From: an uncultured Gammaproteobacteria bacterium
Lineage (GTDB): Bacteria > Patescibacteriota > Patescibacteriia > PEXW01
Direction of reading: 5' to 3'
NCBI GenBank assembly: GCA_964486505.1
Contig: CAZAMC010000002.1
Coordinates: 129,656 to 193,655 of the forward strand
Length of the DNA stretch: 64,000 nt
How positions within the stretch are numbered: the first letter of the stretch is position 1; every line of letters begins with the position of its first letter. Under the pieces are notes generated by a model. It was not told the DNA's origin. It saw only the letters and a list, made by a program, of their open reading frames with translations, and did not search any database. Shown piece by piece: positions 17,376 through 26,797 of the stretch. The translations under genes were made by a program, and so were the position numbers.

Positions 17376-19862
17376 TTACTTCTTCCCGCGTCTTCGCTTT
17401 TTGGGTCTGCCTTCGCGTTCGGCCATCAACTCCACGGCTTGCTCGATGGTCACTGACTCGGGCGCTGTGCCTTTGGGGAGGGAGGCGTGCGTCTTGCCGT
17501 CAGACACGTAAGGTCCGTATCGTCCATCCAGTACCTTCACCATTTTTCCAGATTTTGGATGAGCGCCAAGTTCTTTCAGCGTCCGGCCACCCGAACGTCG
17601 GCTGGCTTGCTTGGGTTGGGCCAGGAGTTCCAATGCCTTGGCCTCGGTTATTGTCAGCGGCGATTCGCCATCCGGAATGCTACGCGTGTCCACGCCGGCT
17701 TTGATGTACGGTCCAAATTTTCCATTCGCCGCCAAAATGGGTTCGCCCGCCGCGGTCTTGCCAATGGTGCGGGGCAGTGAGAGGAGCTGCAAGGCCTGGT
17801 CGAGCGTCAGGGTGTCGGCAGACATGCCGGTGAGCAAGGAAGCAGACTTCAGTCTCTCGGCTTTCACCCTGCGCTTCTTGGGTTTTGCACTCTCTTCCTC
17901 TTTCTTCTTCTCTCCAAGTTGCACGTACGTGCCAAAGCGGCCGGTCTTCAGGAAGACACCAAGGCCGGTAGTCGGGTCAATGCCCAGGGGCTTGGCTTCG
18001 GGCAAGGGGGCGTGATTGCCGTCGCGGTCGAGGTTGATGGTGTTCTTGCACTCGGGGTAGCCGGTGCAGGCCAGGAATTTCCCGAAACGACCGAATTTTT
18101 CCACCATAGGCTTGCCGCACTTCTCACAAATCTGGTCGGTGGCTTTTTCGGTGATGTCTTTGCGGGAAATTTCGGCATCCTTGGCCACGAGGTTGCTGTG
18201 GAACTTGTTGTAGAAGCTATGCAGCACCGGTTGCCACTTGGCGTTACCTTCGGCAATGTCATCGAACTGCTGCTCCATGTTGGCCGTGAACTTGTAGTCC
18301 ACAATTTCCGGGAAGTGCTTCACCAGCAGGTCAATGACCAAGTAGGCGACCTCCGTGGGTTTCAGGCGTCGTTCGTCGCGTTCCACGTAGCCACGATCAA
18401 TGACGGTAGAAATTGTTGGTGCGTAGGTTGAGGGTCGGCCAATGCCGTATTCTTCCAAGGCCTTCACAATACTGGCATCGGAGTAGCGGGGTGGGGGTTC
18501 AGTGAAGTGCTGCACGCCTTTCACGTCTTTCGCGATCACCGCGTCGCCGGTTTTCAGCGGTGGGAGGAGGTTCTCCTTGGCACCATCTGGGTACACTTTT
18601 AAGAAACCAGGGAATCGAATAGTGGCACCGGTGGCGCGGAAGATGGCATTGTCTACGCTGGCCCCAACGTCCACACTCGTCTGGTCGATTTGCGCTTCGG
18701 GCATCTGCGAGGCTACGGCCCGGTTCCAGATGAGCTCGTAGAGTTTCGCTTGGTCAGGATCTAGGTGGGTCCGGATGCTGTCCGGGGTGAGGGTGACGTC
18801 CGTGGGCCGGATAGCCTCGTGCGCTTCCTGCGCGCCCTTGGCACTGGTCTTGAAGCGGCGGCCGGTGGGCAGGGCGTAGTCCGCGCCAAAGGTTTTCTGC
18901 AAGAATCCGCGTGCCTCGTTAATGAACTTATCCGCGAGGTTCAAGGAGTCTGTACGCATGTAGGTAATCAAGCCAGTTTGGCCTTTACCACCGAGGTGCA
19001 CACCTTCGTAGAGTTGCTGGGCAATGCGCATCGTGCGGTTCGCCGAAAGGCCCAGGCGGCGGTTCGCATCCATTTGCAATGTCGAGGTGGTGAAAGGCGG
19101 CGCGGGGGAGCGCTTGGCAGTTTTGAGTTGGACATCCGAAATAGCGTACGTTGCGTGCTTGAGTTTTTCCAGGAGGGCATCCGCAGCCTCTTTGTCCCCA
19201 ATGGCAAATTTGTCCAAGCTCTTGCCCGCGAGTTTCAGGAGCTTCGCCTCAAATGCATCCTTGCTATGTTCGAAGACGCCTTCGATTGTCCAGTACTCTT
19301 GCGGTTTGAACGCTTGGATCTCACGTTCGCGCTCCACGATGAGCCGCACCGCGACGGACTGCACGCGCCCTGCGGAAAGCCCGCGGCGCACTTTGCGCCA
19401 CAGGAATGGGGAGAGCTCGTACCCCACCAGCCGGTCCAGGATGCGTCGCGCTTGCTGCGCATCGACGCGCTTGATGTCGAGCGGGCGGGGGTTCGCCAAG
19501 GCGTGATCAATGGCCTCCTTGGTAATTTCGTGGAAGACAATGCGCTGCACCTCCGTGTCCGGAATTTTTAGCAGCTCGGCGAGGTGCCAGGAAATCGCCT
19601 CTCCTTCGCGGTCTTCGTCAGTTGCGAAGTACACCTTGCCCGTGGCTTTGGCAAGTTTTTTCAGCTTCGCAACCGTGGCTTTGTCGTCGCTATCAACGAC
19701 GTATTCGGGTTGGAAGTCCTTCTCGGTATCCACGCCCATTTTGCTCTTCGGCAGGTCGCGGATGTGGCCGAACGACGGCTCCACGCTAAAGTCTTTGCCG
19801 AGGAAACGGCTAATGGTTTTGGCTTTGGTAGGGGATTCGACGATGACGAGTGCTTTCGCCAT
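17376..19862 (-). CDS. topA: DNA topoisomerase I
   Basis: VESPTKAK, ATDEDREGE, SAGRVQS, ITYMRTDS, C4 zinc ribbon, C-terminal G(R/K)(F/Y)G-x-Y repeats. Confidence 0.97.
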   Translation of the reverse strand: MAKALVIVESPTKAKTISRFLGKDFSVEPSFGHIRDLPKSKMGVDTEKDFQPEYVVDSDDKATVAKLKKLAKATGKVYFATDEDREGEAISWHLAELLKIPDTEVQRIVFHEITKEAIDHALANPRPLDIKRVDAQQARRILDRLVGYELSPFLWRKVRRGLSAGRVQSVAVRLIVEREREIQAFKPQEYWTIEGVFEHSKDAFEAKLLKLAGKSLDKFAIGDKEAADALLEKLKHATYAISDVQLKTAKRSPAPPFTTSTLQMDANRRLGLSANRTMRIAQQLYEGVHLGGKGQTGLITYMRTDSLNLADKFINEARGFLQKTFGADYALPTGRRFKTSAKGAQEAHEAIRPTDVTLTPDSIRTHLDPDQAKLYELIWNRAVASQMPEAQIDQTSVDVGASVDNAIFRATGATIRFPGFLKVYPDGAKENLLPPLKTGDAVIAKDVKGVQHFTEPPPRYSDASIVKALEEYGIGRPSTYAPTISTVIDRGYVERDERRLKPTEVAYLVIDLLVKHFPEIVDYKFTANMEQQFDDIAEGNAKWQPVLHSFYNKFHSNLVAKDAEISRKDITEKATDQICEKCGKPMVEKFGRFGKFLACTGYPECKNTINLDRDGNHAPLPEAKPLGIDPTTGLGVFLKTGRFGTYVQLGEKKKEEESAKPKKRRVKAERLKSASLLTGMSADTLTLDQALQLLSLPRTIGKTAAGEPILAANGKFGPYIKAGVDTRSIPDGESPLTITEAKALELLAQPKQASRRSGGRTLKELGAHPKSGKMVKVLDGRYGPYVSDGKTHASLPKGTAPESVTIEQAVELMAEREGRPKKRRRGKK

Positions 19863-19864
19863 GG

Positions 19865-20974
19865 TTAGTTTCGTGTGTAGTGCATGCTACCGACGTGGCG
19901 GACATGGCCTTGTAACTCCAAGACCGCGAGCGTTGCGGTAATCACGCTTGGGTCACAATCGCACAGGCCAGCGAGTTCGTCAACATGCAGAGGATTATTC
20001 GAAAGATGTTGCAAGATGCTTTTCTCCTCCGGCGTGGTGCCAGTGTACGTCACGGGGGGTGCGGTTTCGTCGTGGCGAGGCTGGAGATTAAGGGCGGTCA
20101 GGATATCATGTGCGTCAGCCACAAGCTGCGCACCCAAGCGGATGAACTTGTTCGTGCCGGCGCTGGTTTCCTGGGTAATGTTGCCCGGAACGCAGAAGAC
20201 CTCCCGGTTCTCATCGAGGGCGAGCTTGGCGGTCAGCAAGGCACCCGATTTCTCGCCCGCCTCCACAACCAGCGTGCCGGCACACATACCGGCGACAATG
20301 CGGTTTCGCTGAGGGAAGTTGTAGGGTTGGGGCCCCGTACCCAAAGGAAATTCGCTGATAACCGCCCCACCCTCTTTTACTATGCGTTCAGCTAATCCAG
20401 CGTGTTGGGGCGGGTAGGTTTGGTCTAAGCCCGTGCCAACCACCGCAAAGGTTTGCCCGCCGGCGGCCAGTGCCGCCTCATGCGCCAGGCCATCAATACC
20501 CAGCGCAAGACCCGAGACAATGCCCAGGCCCGCTCGAGCGAGCGGCTCCACTAAACGAGAGGTGGCGACTTGTCCGTAGGGCGTGGCCACGCGCGTACCC
20601 ACCACCGCCATGAGGATGCTGGTGGGGCGGGGTAGAGTCCCTCGGTAGAAGAGCACCGCCGGCGCATTATGTGTCTCGAGCAGTCGTTGGGGGTAGTCGG
20701 CATCAGCGTGCGTCACCATGCGGACGCCCGCTTGCATGAGCCGCTCCCAGTTTTTCTCAGGGGAAATGTTCTGTCGGTTGGCGAGGATTGCATCAATGAC
20801 CTTGCCTTCGCCCAGCGCTGTGCGGAGTTCGCCAATCGGCGCACGCCACGCACTGCTGAGCTCGCCAAAAGCACTTCGGAGGAGCGCGAAACGCTTGGGT
20901 CCCACTTGCGGGACACTTGCCCAGGCGGCCCAGGCAATGCGTTCGCTTTCCGTAAGTAATTGTGTGTCGGCCAT
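19865..20974 (-). CDS. dprA: DNA-processing protein DprA
   Basis: AVVGTR, VSGLALGIDG, FPQRNRIVAG, VEAGEKSGAL. Confidence 0.95.
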   Translation of the reverse strand: MADTQLLTESERIAWAAWASVPQVGPKRFALLRSAFGELSSAWRAPIGELRTALGEGKVIDAILANRQNISPEKNWERLMQAGVRMVTHADADYPQRLLETHNAPAVLFYRGTLPRPTSILMAVVGTRVATPYGQVATSRLVEPLARAGLGIVSGLALGIDGLAHEAALAAGGQTFAVVGTGLDQTYPPQHAGLAERIVKEGGAVISEFPLGTGPQPYNFPQRNRIVAGMCAGTLVVEAGEKSGALLTAKLALDENREVFCVPGNITQETSAGTNKFIRLGAQLVADAHDILTALNLQPRHDETAPPVTYTGTTPEEKSILQHLSNNPLHVDELAGLCDCDPSVITATLAVLELQGHVRHVGSMHYTRN

Positions 20975-21101
20975 CAATGGCCGGTAGGCTAGCACGGGGA
21001 GTACCAGGATTGTCAAACGCTGAGGATTGACAAGGCACTCCACACATGGTAGCTTTCGGCGTTATAACGTAGGCAAAACCAACATTCCATGGAGGTGTTC
21101 C

Positions 21102-21398
21102 TTGGCGAAGAAAGGCCCCGACCTGCTGTACCCGGTTGGTCTGCGCGGTGATGCCACGGGCGAGGCTGTGCGCGCCACGTGTTGGACCACAGCCAAGAAG
21201 AAACTCGCTCGGTACCAGCGCGCCTTCGGAAGCAACTACTACCTCATGAACGGCGTACCGTACGCCGAAAATGCAGGTAAGTTCCGGGAGGTATTCGCTG
21301 ATACGCCAGCGCTACCTCCGCCCCCGCGGCAGTCGCACAAAAAAGGCGCACTCGAGCGCCACGAGCGCATGATGCGCCAGATGCGCCTCGATGACTAG
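21102..21398 (+). CDS. hypothetical protein
   Basis: GGAGGT SD before TTG at 21102; promoter TTGACA at 21027. Confidence 0.6.
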   Translation: MAKKGPDLLYPVGLRGDATGEAVRATCWTTAKKKLARYQRAFGSNYYLMNGVPYAENAGKFREVFADTPALPPPPRQSHKKGALERHERMMRQMRLDD

Positions 21399-21416
21399 CT
21401 CTTGCCAGGCAGCCCC

Positions 21417-24400
21417 TTACGCGGCTGCCTGTTTCTTTTTCCTTTTCTTCTTGGGTTTCTCTTCGCTGGGGACGTCTAGCCCTTTCTCGAAAACCGCAAT
21501 AATTTTCTTCAAGGTGGCTAGCCAGTCTTTGCCCAGGTGCGGCTTATCGATTTTGAGTTGATCCGGCGCCAGCTGCCAACCCTCGGCAATATCGAAGAGC
21601 GGCTTAAGCCGGGCCACGTCGATAGGCCGCAGGAAGCGGATGATGAGGCGCTCGTTTGGCCCGAGCCGCACCAGCTGAATGTTGGTAATGTCGGTCTTCT
21701 GCGCCAGGAGCTTGAGCTCCAGAAGTTTGAAGAGGGATTCCAAAGAGGGCGGGGCGACGCGGTCTTTGAGGAGCTGGTCGTGGTAGTGCCAGAGTTCGCC
21801 CGTGCTGGCCATGTTCGCCAAGTCTTGGTAGATGCGGAGGCGGTTGCGCTCATCCGGTTCAAAGTCTTGTGGGATGCCCACAGAGAGCGGGAGGTCGATG
21901 GTGACGTCATGCGTGCTCGGCATCGCCGCCCCGGTTTTGAGCTCGGCAATTTCTTGGGCGAGCAGGCGCGTGTACAACCCCAGCCCGAGAGCGGCCACGT
22001 GCCCATGCTGCTGGTTGCCCAGGATGTTCCCCGTGCCGCGGATTTCCAAATCGCGGAGCGCCACCTGCATGCCCGAGCCTAGGGCCTTGGCTTCTTCCAG
22101 ACCCACGAGGCGCTGCTTCGCATCCCCGGTGAGCTTCTGGCTGTGGTAGAGGAAGTACGCGTAGGCCTGACGGTTGCCGCGGCCAATGCGCCCGCGGAGC
22201 TGGTAGAGCTGCGAGAGGCCGAACTTCGGCGCTTGGTCCACAATGAGGGTGTTCACGTTGGGAAGGTCTAGGCCGTTCTCAATAATCGTGGAGCATACTA
22301 GCAAGTCCAGCTCATAGGCGTCGAACTTGTGCATGACGTCGGCTAAATCGTCTTCGGGCAGCTGGCCGTGCGCCACGCCAATGCGTGCCTTGGGGAAGAG
22401 CTGCTGGAGTTCACGGGCTTTCTCGTGGATGGTTTCGACGTTGTTGTAGAGGTAGTAGGCCTGGCCTTGGCGAGCGAATTCTCGAGTGAGCGCCTCGGTA
22501 ATGAGGTCATCCGAGAAGGGCGCAATGGTCGTTTCAATGGGCTGTCGGCCTTCCGGGGGCGTCTCGATCATGCTCACGTCCCGGAGGTTGGAGAGCACGA
22601 AGTTGAGGGTGCGGGGGATAGGTGTGGCGCTCATGGTGAGGACGTGCGCCTGCAGGCGGAACTGCTTGAGCTTTTCCTTCTGGCTTACGCCGAAGCGCTG
22701 CTCCTCGTCGATGATGATGAGCCCGAGGTGAGGGAAGCGTACGTCGGCGGAAAGGAGGCGGTGCGTGCCAATGACAATCTGCACCTCGCCAGTGCCAATG
22801 AGCCGAATGGTTTCGTCCTGCTCTTTGCTGGATTCGAAGCGCGAGAGCAGGCCAATCTTGGTGCCCGAGCCGGCCAGGCGTTTGATGAACGTGTCGTAGT
22901 GCTGCTGGACCAGGATAGTGGTGGGTGCGAGGACTGCTACTTGGTAGCCATTGGCCACGGCCTTGAACGCCGCGCGAATGGCGACCTCGGTTTTCCCAAA
23001 GCCCACGTCGCCGCACACCAGCCGGTCCATGGGCCGGTCACCCTGTAGGTCGGCAAAAACTTCTTCGATGGCGCGCAGTTGGTCGGGGGTTTCGTCGTAG
23101 GGGAAGGCGTCGGCCAAAGCCCGTTCTTTGTCTGCAATCGCGCCCATGGGCCGCACCCGCACAAGCTCACGGGCGGCGTAGAGTTTCACCAGCTCCTTGG
23201 CCAGCTTCTGGGTATCTTCGCGCACGCGTCGGGTTACTTGGTACCAGCTGCTGCCGTGCAAGCGGTGGAGGGGCGGGTGGCTGACGCCAATGTACTTGGA
23301 GAGTTTCTCGGCCAGTTCTACGGGCACCGAGAGCCGGTCTTTTTCGGCGTACTCCAGCACGAAGTACTCTTTCGCCACACCATTCACCACGTCGGTGCGC
23401 ATACCGCGGTACACGCCAATGCCGTGGTCCAGGTGCACGGCGTAGTCACCGACTTTGAGTTCGGCGAGGAAGGAGGTGTCCAGATTGCGCGAGCGGATGC
23501 TCGGTGCTTCGCGGGGGAAAATTTCTCGGTCGGTGAGCACCAGGAGCTTTGCACGCTCACTCCGGAAGCCCGCCACGGGTTGATTGGGCTCCACGGTCCA
23601 GCATTCGGGCAGCGCAAAGTCATGCTCCTTCGCGAGCGCCGTAAGCTGGTCTGCTCGGGCCGTGAGGATGACCACCCGTCGGTTCTTCTGCTTTGCCCAC
23701 TGCTTGGCGTCAGTAACGAGGCGGGTGTACTGGCCGGCGTACAGGGGCGCCGGCCGAACGTCGAGGTCGATATCGGCCGAACCGCCGCCGAACGTCCGGA
23801 GGTGGAGGGCCGGCAAGCGTTGGAGCATTTTTACGGCCGTCTGCGCATCTTCATCCAGCACGTCGTCAATGTCGGTGAGGACACTGAGGGTTTGCTTGGC
23901 ATCAAGGTAATCACGGAGGTTGGTCTGGTCATCGCGGGCGGGCATGCGGGCCGGCGGGACAACCACGTGGCCGAGTTCGTGGCTCGCTTTGTTTGCATGG
24001 TCTACCTGGTGGAGCGAGTCGATTGTCCGGTCATCAAATTCCACGCGGATGGGCGCGTGTGCCCCCACGGGAAAAATGTCCATTACCCCTCCACGCCGTG
24101 CAAATTCCCCCGGGCCAGCCACCATCGACTCGGCCATGTAGCCGTGCTCAACCAAGTGTCGGGAGAGGTCGGTGGTTGACCCAGCGGCGTGTGGCCGAAG
24201 GTGCAGGATGCCGCTGCGGAAGTGCGTGAGGGTGGGGAGAGGCGTGAGGAGGGTGCGCGCCTGGATGACCAGGGTCATGGGCTGCTGCGTGAGCAGGCCG
24301 GCGAGTACCGGCGGGGTCACTTCGGTTGCAATGGGTTGGCCATCAGCAATGTGGAGGGCATGCAAAGCGGCTACGACGCGGCGTTGGTGGTCTTCATCCT

Positions 24401-24572
24401 CCACCAGCCAGAGCAGTGTACTCCGCGGAGCGACGCGCAGGGCCTCACCCACCAAGGCCACCTGGGCAGTGATCTCCGGAATGCCGGTGGTACGCACAAC
24501 CTTGCCTGCCTGCAGAGCGGTGCGGGTGGCGGGGGTTAGGCTGAGGTGGATGGGGTCTGGGTGTGTGGGCAT
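21417..24572 (-). CDS. mfd: transcription-repair coupling factor
   Basis: CarD-like VHLDHGIG, GDVGFGKT, DEEQRFG, QLRGRIGR, TRCF C-terminal domain. Confidence 0.96.
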   Translation of the reverse strand: MPTHPDPIHLSLTPATRTALQAGKVVRTTGIPEITAQVALVGEALRVAPRSTLLWLVEDEDHQRRVVAALHALHIADGQPIATEVTPPVLAGLLTQQPMTLVIQARTLLTPLPTLTHFRSGILHLRPHAAGSTTDLSRHLVEHGYMAESMVAGPGEFARRGGVMDIFPVGAHAPIRVEFDDRTIDSLHQVDHANKASHELGHVVVPPARMPARDDQTNLRDYLDAKQTLSVLTDIDDVLDEDAQTAVKMLQRLPALHLRTFGGGSADIDLDVRPAPLYAGQYTRLVTDAKQWAKQKNRRVVILTARADQLTALAKEHDFALPECWTVEPNQPVAGFRSERAKLLVLTDREIFPREAPSIRSRNLDTSFLAELKVGDYAVHLDHGIGVYRGMRTDVVNGVAKEYFVLEYAEKDRLSVPVELAEKLSKYIGVSHPPLHRLHGSSWYQVTRRVREDTQKLAKELVKLYAARELVRVRPMGAIADKERALADAFPYDETPDQLRAIEEVFADLQGDRPMDRLVCGDVGFGKTEVAIRAAFKAVANGYQVAVLAPTTILVQQHYDTFIKRLAGSGTKIGLLSRFESSKEQDETIRLIGTGEVQIVIGTHRLLSADVRFPHLGLIIIDEEQRFGVSQKEKLKQFRLQAHVLTMSATPIPRTLNFVLSNLRDVSMIETPPEGRQPIETTIAPFSDDLITEALTREFARQGQAYYLYNNVETIHEKARELQQLFPKARIGVAHGQLPEDDLADVMHKFDAYELDLLVCSTIIENGLDLPNVNTLIVDQAPKFGLSQLYQLRGRIGRGNRQAYAYFLYHSQKLTGDAKQRLVGLEEAKALGSGMQVALRDLEIRGTGNILGNQQHGHVAALGLGLYTRLLAQEIAELKTGAAMPSTHDVTIDLPLSVGIPQDFEPDERNRLRIYQDLANMASTGELWHYHDQLLKDRVAPPSLESLFKLLELKLLAQKTDITNIQLVRLGPNERLIIRFLRPIDVARLKPLFDIAEGWQLAPDQLKIDKPHLGKDWLATLKKIIAVFEKGLDVPSEEKPKKKRKKKQAAA

Positions 24573-24635
24573 ACAAGGGCTACCCAAAGGTTGGGTAAGG
24601 CTTGACAGGGCTTCAGGTGGGTGCTAGGGTGATGG

Positions 24636-24811
24636 GCTCTTAAAGTTTTGGAGTACGTTGGTATCCCGCGTCCACGAGCAAGCATGGGGTTACCCCTCCT
24701 AATACCTTCATGCTTACTCACGCGAGCGTCTCGGTCTCCGATGATGTTCTGCACGTGGACGTGGGGTACCAGTGTGCTCGCCCCGTGGCCTATGGCGACG
24801 GGCTTTTTTTT
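24636..24811 (+). ncRNA. putative novel structured non-coding RNA
   Basis: TTGACA (24602) -17 nt- TAGGGT (24625) with extended TG; 26-bp continuous helix 24651-76/24754-79; terminator hairpin plus T-run ending near 24811; no ORF. Confidence 0.7.
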
Positions 24812-25443
24812 GGCGCCGCGTTAAACTGGTTTGCGGCCACGGTGGGGGACTGCTGGAGGGCAAGCATCAGGGCGTCGGCAACCCGCTGGATGATGGTCGG
24901 CAGGTCGGCAGTCTGCATGGGGTCGAAGTCAGCGAGGACGTATTCCGCGGTGTCGTACTTGGCCATGGCCCACTCTCGGGAATCCACGCGGCCGTCGGCG
25001 TTTGCATCCATGAGGCGCGGTCGGCCAATGCCTACGCGGAAGCGCCAGAAACTCTGGGTGTGGAGGTCACGAATGATAGAGCGGATGCCATTGTGGCCAC
25101 CATCTGAAAGGTTCTGGTGGATGCGAACTTCGCCAAAGGGAATGTCCATGTCGTCGTGCACGATCCAGGTTTGTTCCACGGGAATGCTGTAGAATCGGCT
25201 CACCGCCGATACCGACTCGCCCGATTCGTTCATGAACGTTGAGGGTTTGCAGAGCCACGCTCGCGGGGCTTGGGTTTTTGCGGTGAGCATGCTCTGGAGC
25301 CGTCGGTTCTCGGCAAACGGGGGGAGCTGCCAAGCCGCAACCAGCGCATCCAGAACCCGGAAACCAAAATTGTGCCGGTTGTTGGCGTACTGCTCGCCGG
25401 GATTGCCAAGGCCGACGATGAGGGTCGTGGTTGGGGTGGTCAT
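24790..25443 (-). CDS. pth: peptidyl-tRNA hydrolase
   Basis: VGLGNPG, RHNFGF, FMNESG, VHDDMD, GGHNG. Confidence 0.96.
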   Translation of the reverse strand: MTTPTTTLIVGLGNPGEQYANNRHNFGFRVLDALVAAWQLPPFAENRRLQSMLTAKTQAPRAWLCKPSTFMNESGESVSAVSRFYSIPVEQTWIVHDDMDIPFGEVRIHQNLSDGGHNGIRSIIRDLHTQSFWRFRVGIGRPRLMDANADGRVDSREWAMAKYDTAEYVLADFDPMQTADLPTIIQRVADALMLALQQSPTVAANQFNAAPKKSPSP

Positions 25444-26789
25444 ACGGATTTTGCGAAAGGTTGCTGGATGCGAACGCGGATAGGTGTGCCGGTGAAGGGC
25501 ACGGTGGCACGCAAGGCTTTCTCAACCACGCGGGCGTACGATGCGGGCAGCGCCTCGCGTTTGTCGGTGCGGAGGGTAAAGGTTGGGGGTGTGGTGCCGG
25601 TTTGCGTGAGGTAACTGGTGATGCGCTTTCGTCCGCCCTTCCTCGGTGAGTTGAGTTTCTGGCCTGGCTTCAGGGCCAGCGCTCGGTGCTGTACCTGGTC
25701 TAGCACTGCTTGCGGAATGGTACGTTCGCGCTCACGGCCAATGGCCAGCGCGGTTTCCAAGATGCGGTGGATGTGGAGTTTGCTAGGCGCTGCGGTAACA
25801 ATGTGCGGGGCCCAGGTGATGAACGGAAGTGAGCGCCGGAACTCGCGTTCGGTACCGAGCATGGTTGTGGGAGTTTTTTTGGGGACGCGGTCCCACTGGT
25901 TGCCAACGATGAGGAGGCCTTTCCCGTCCTCAACCACGTCGCCTGCGAGCGCTTTCTCTACCAGGCCCACGCCCTCGGGGACGCTGTAGACCAACACGGC
26001 AACGTCGGCATCGCGGAGCGCATCGCGGGTGTGGTGCAAACTCAGAGCTTCCACGCGCGAACCAGTTTTTCCACGGGCGCGGACGCCCGCGGTGTCCACG
26101 AGCGTGAGCGGTGTACCGTGGTAGGTGATATCAAAGGCGGCGGCGTCGCGGGTGGTGTGGGGCTGGCTCGAGACAACGCGCACGTCGTCGTGGAGCAGGG
26201 CATTCGTCAGTGCGGACTTCCCCACATTCGTCCGGCCAATGAGCACCACGCGGAGCTTCCGCGTCCGTTGGCTTTCCGGCATGCGCGTGCCTACCGCGCG
26301 CGCGATAGCATCCAGCACATCGCCGGAACCGCCGCCATTCTTGGCCGAAACCCCAATGACGGGAACTTTGCCGTGGGCGTAACCTGCCAGCGTATTGCTG
26401 GATTGGCGGTCAGCCGGGGAGTCGATTTTATTCACCGCGATGATTGCGGGTATGCCCGCGGCCTGCAGGCGTGCCAGTTCCTGGCGTTCTTCTTTGCGCA
26501 GTCCAATGGGGTGTTCCACGACCAGTACTACGACGGCGGCGTGGGCGAGCTCCCGTCGGACCATGCGCAGGACATTTGCGTGCAGATTATCGGGGCGGTC
26601 AATGTCAAAGCCGCCGCTGTCGATGAGGGTGAAATTACTGCCGCCCCACGCCACGGTCCGGCGCTGCAGGTCACGCGTGGTGTGGGGCTGGGCGTCGGCG
26701 ATAGCAAAGCGGCCGCCGACGAGGCGGTTGAACAATGAAGATTTTCCGACATTCGTCCGCCCGAGGAGGAGGACGGCAGGGAGAGCCAT
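25440..26789 (-). CDS. der: ribosome biogenesis GTPase Der (EngA)
   Basis: two GRTNVGKS G-domains, TTRD, DTAG, PFTGTPI. Confidence 0.92.
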   Translation of the reverse strand: MALPAVLLLGRTNVGKSSLFNRLVGGRFAIADAQPHTTRDLQRRTVAWGGSNFTLIDSGGFDIDRPDNLHANVLRMVRRELAHAAVVVLVVEHPIGLRKEERQELARLQAAGIPAIIAVNKIDSPADRQSSNTLAGYAHGKVPVIGVSAKNGGGSGDVLDAIARAVGTRMPESQRTRKLRVVLIGRTNVGKSALTNALLHDDVRVVSSQPHTTRDAAAFDITYHGTPLTLVDTAGVRARGKTGSRVEALSLHHTRDALRDADVAVLVYSVPEGVGLVEKALAGDVVEDGKGLLIVGNQWDRVPKKTPTTMLGTEREFRRSLPFITWAPHIVTAAPSKLHIHRILETALAIGRERERTIPQAVLDQVQHRALALKPGQKLNSPRKGGRKRITSYLTQTGTTPPTFTLRTDKREALPASYARVVEKALRATVPFTGTPIRVRIQQPFAKSV

Positions 26790-26797
26790 ACGACCGG

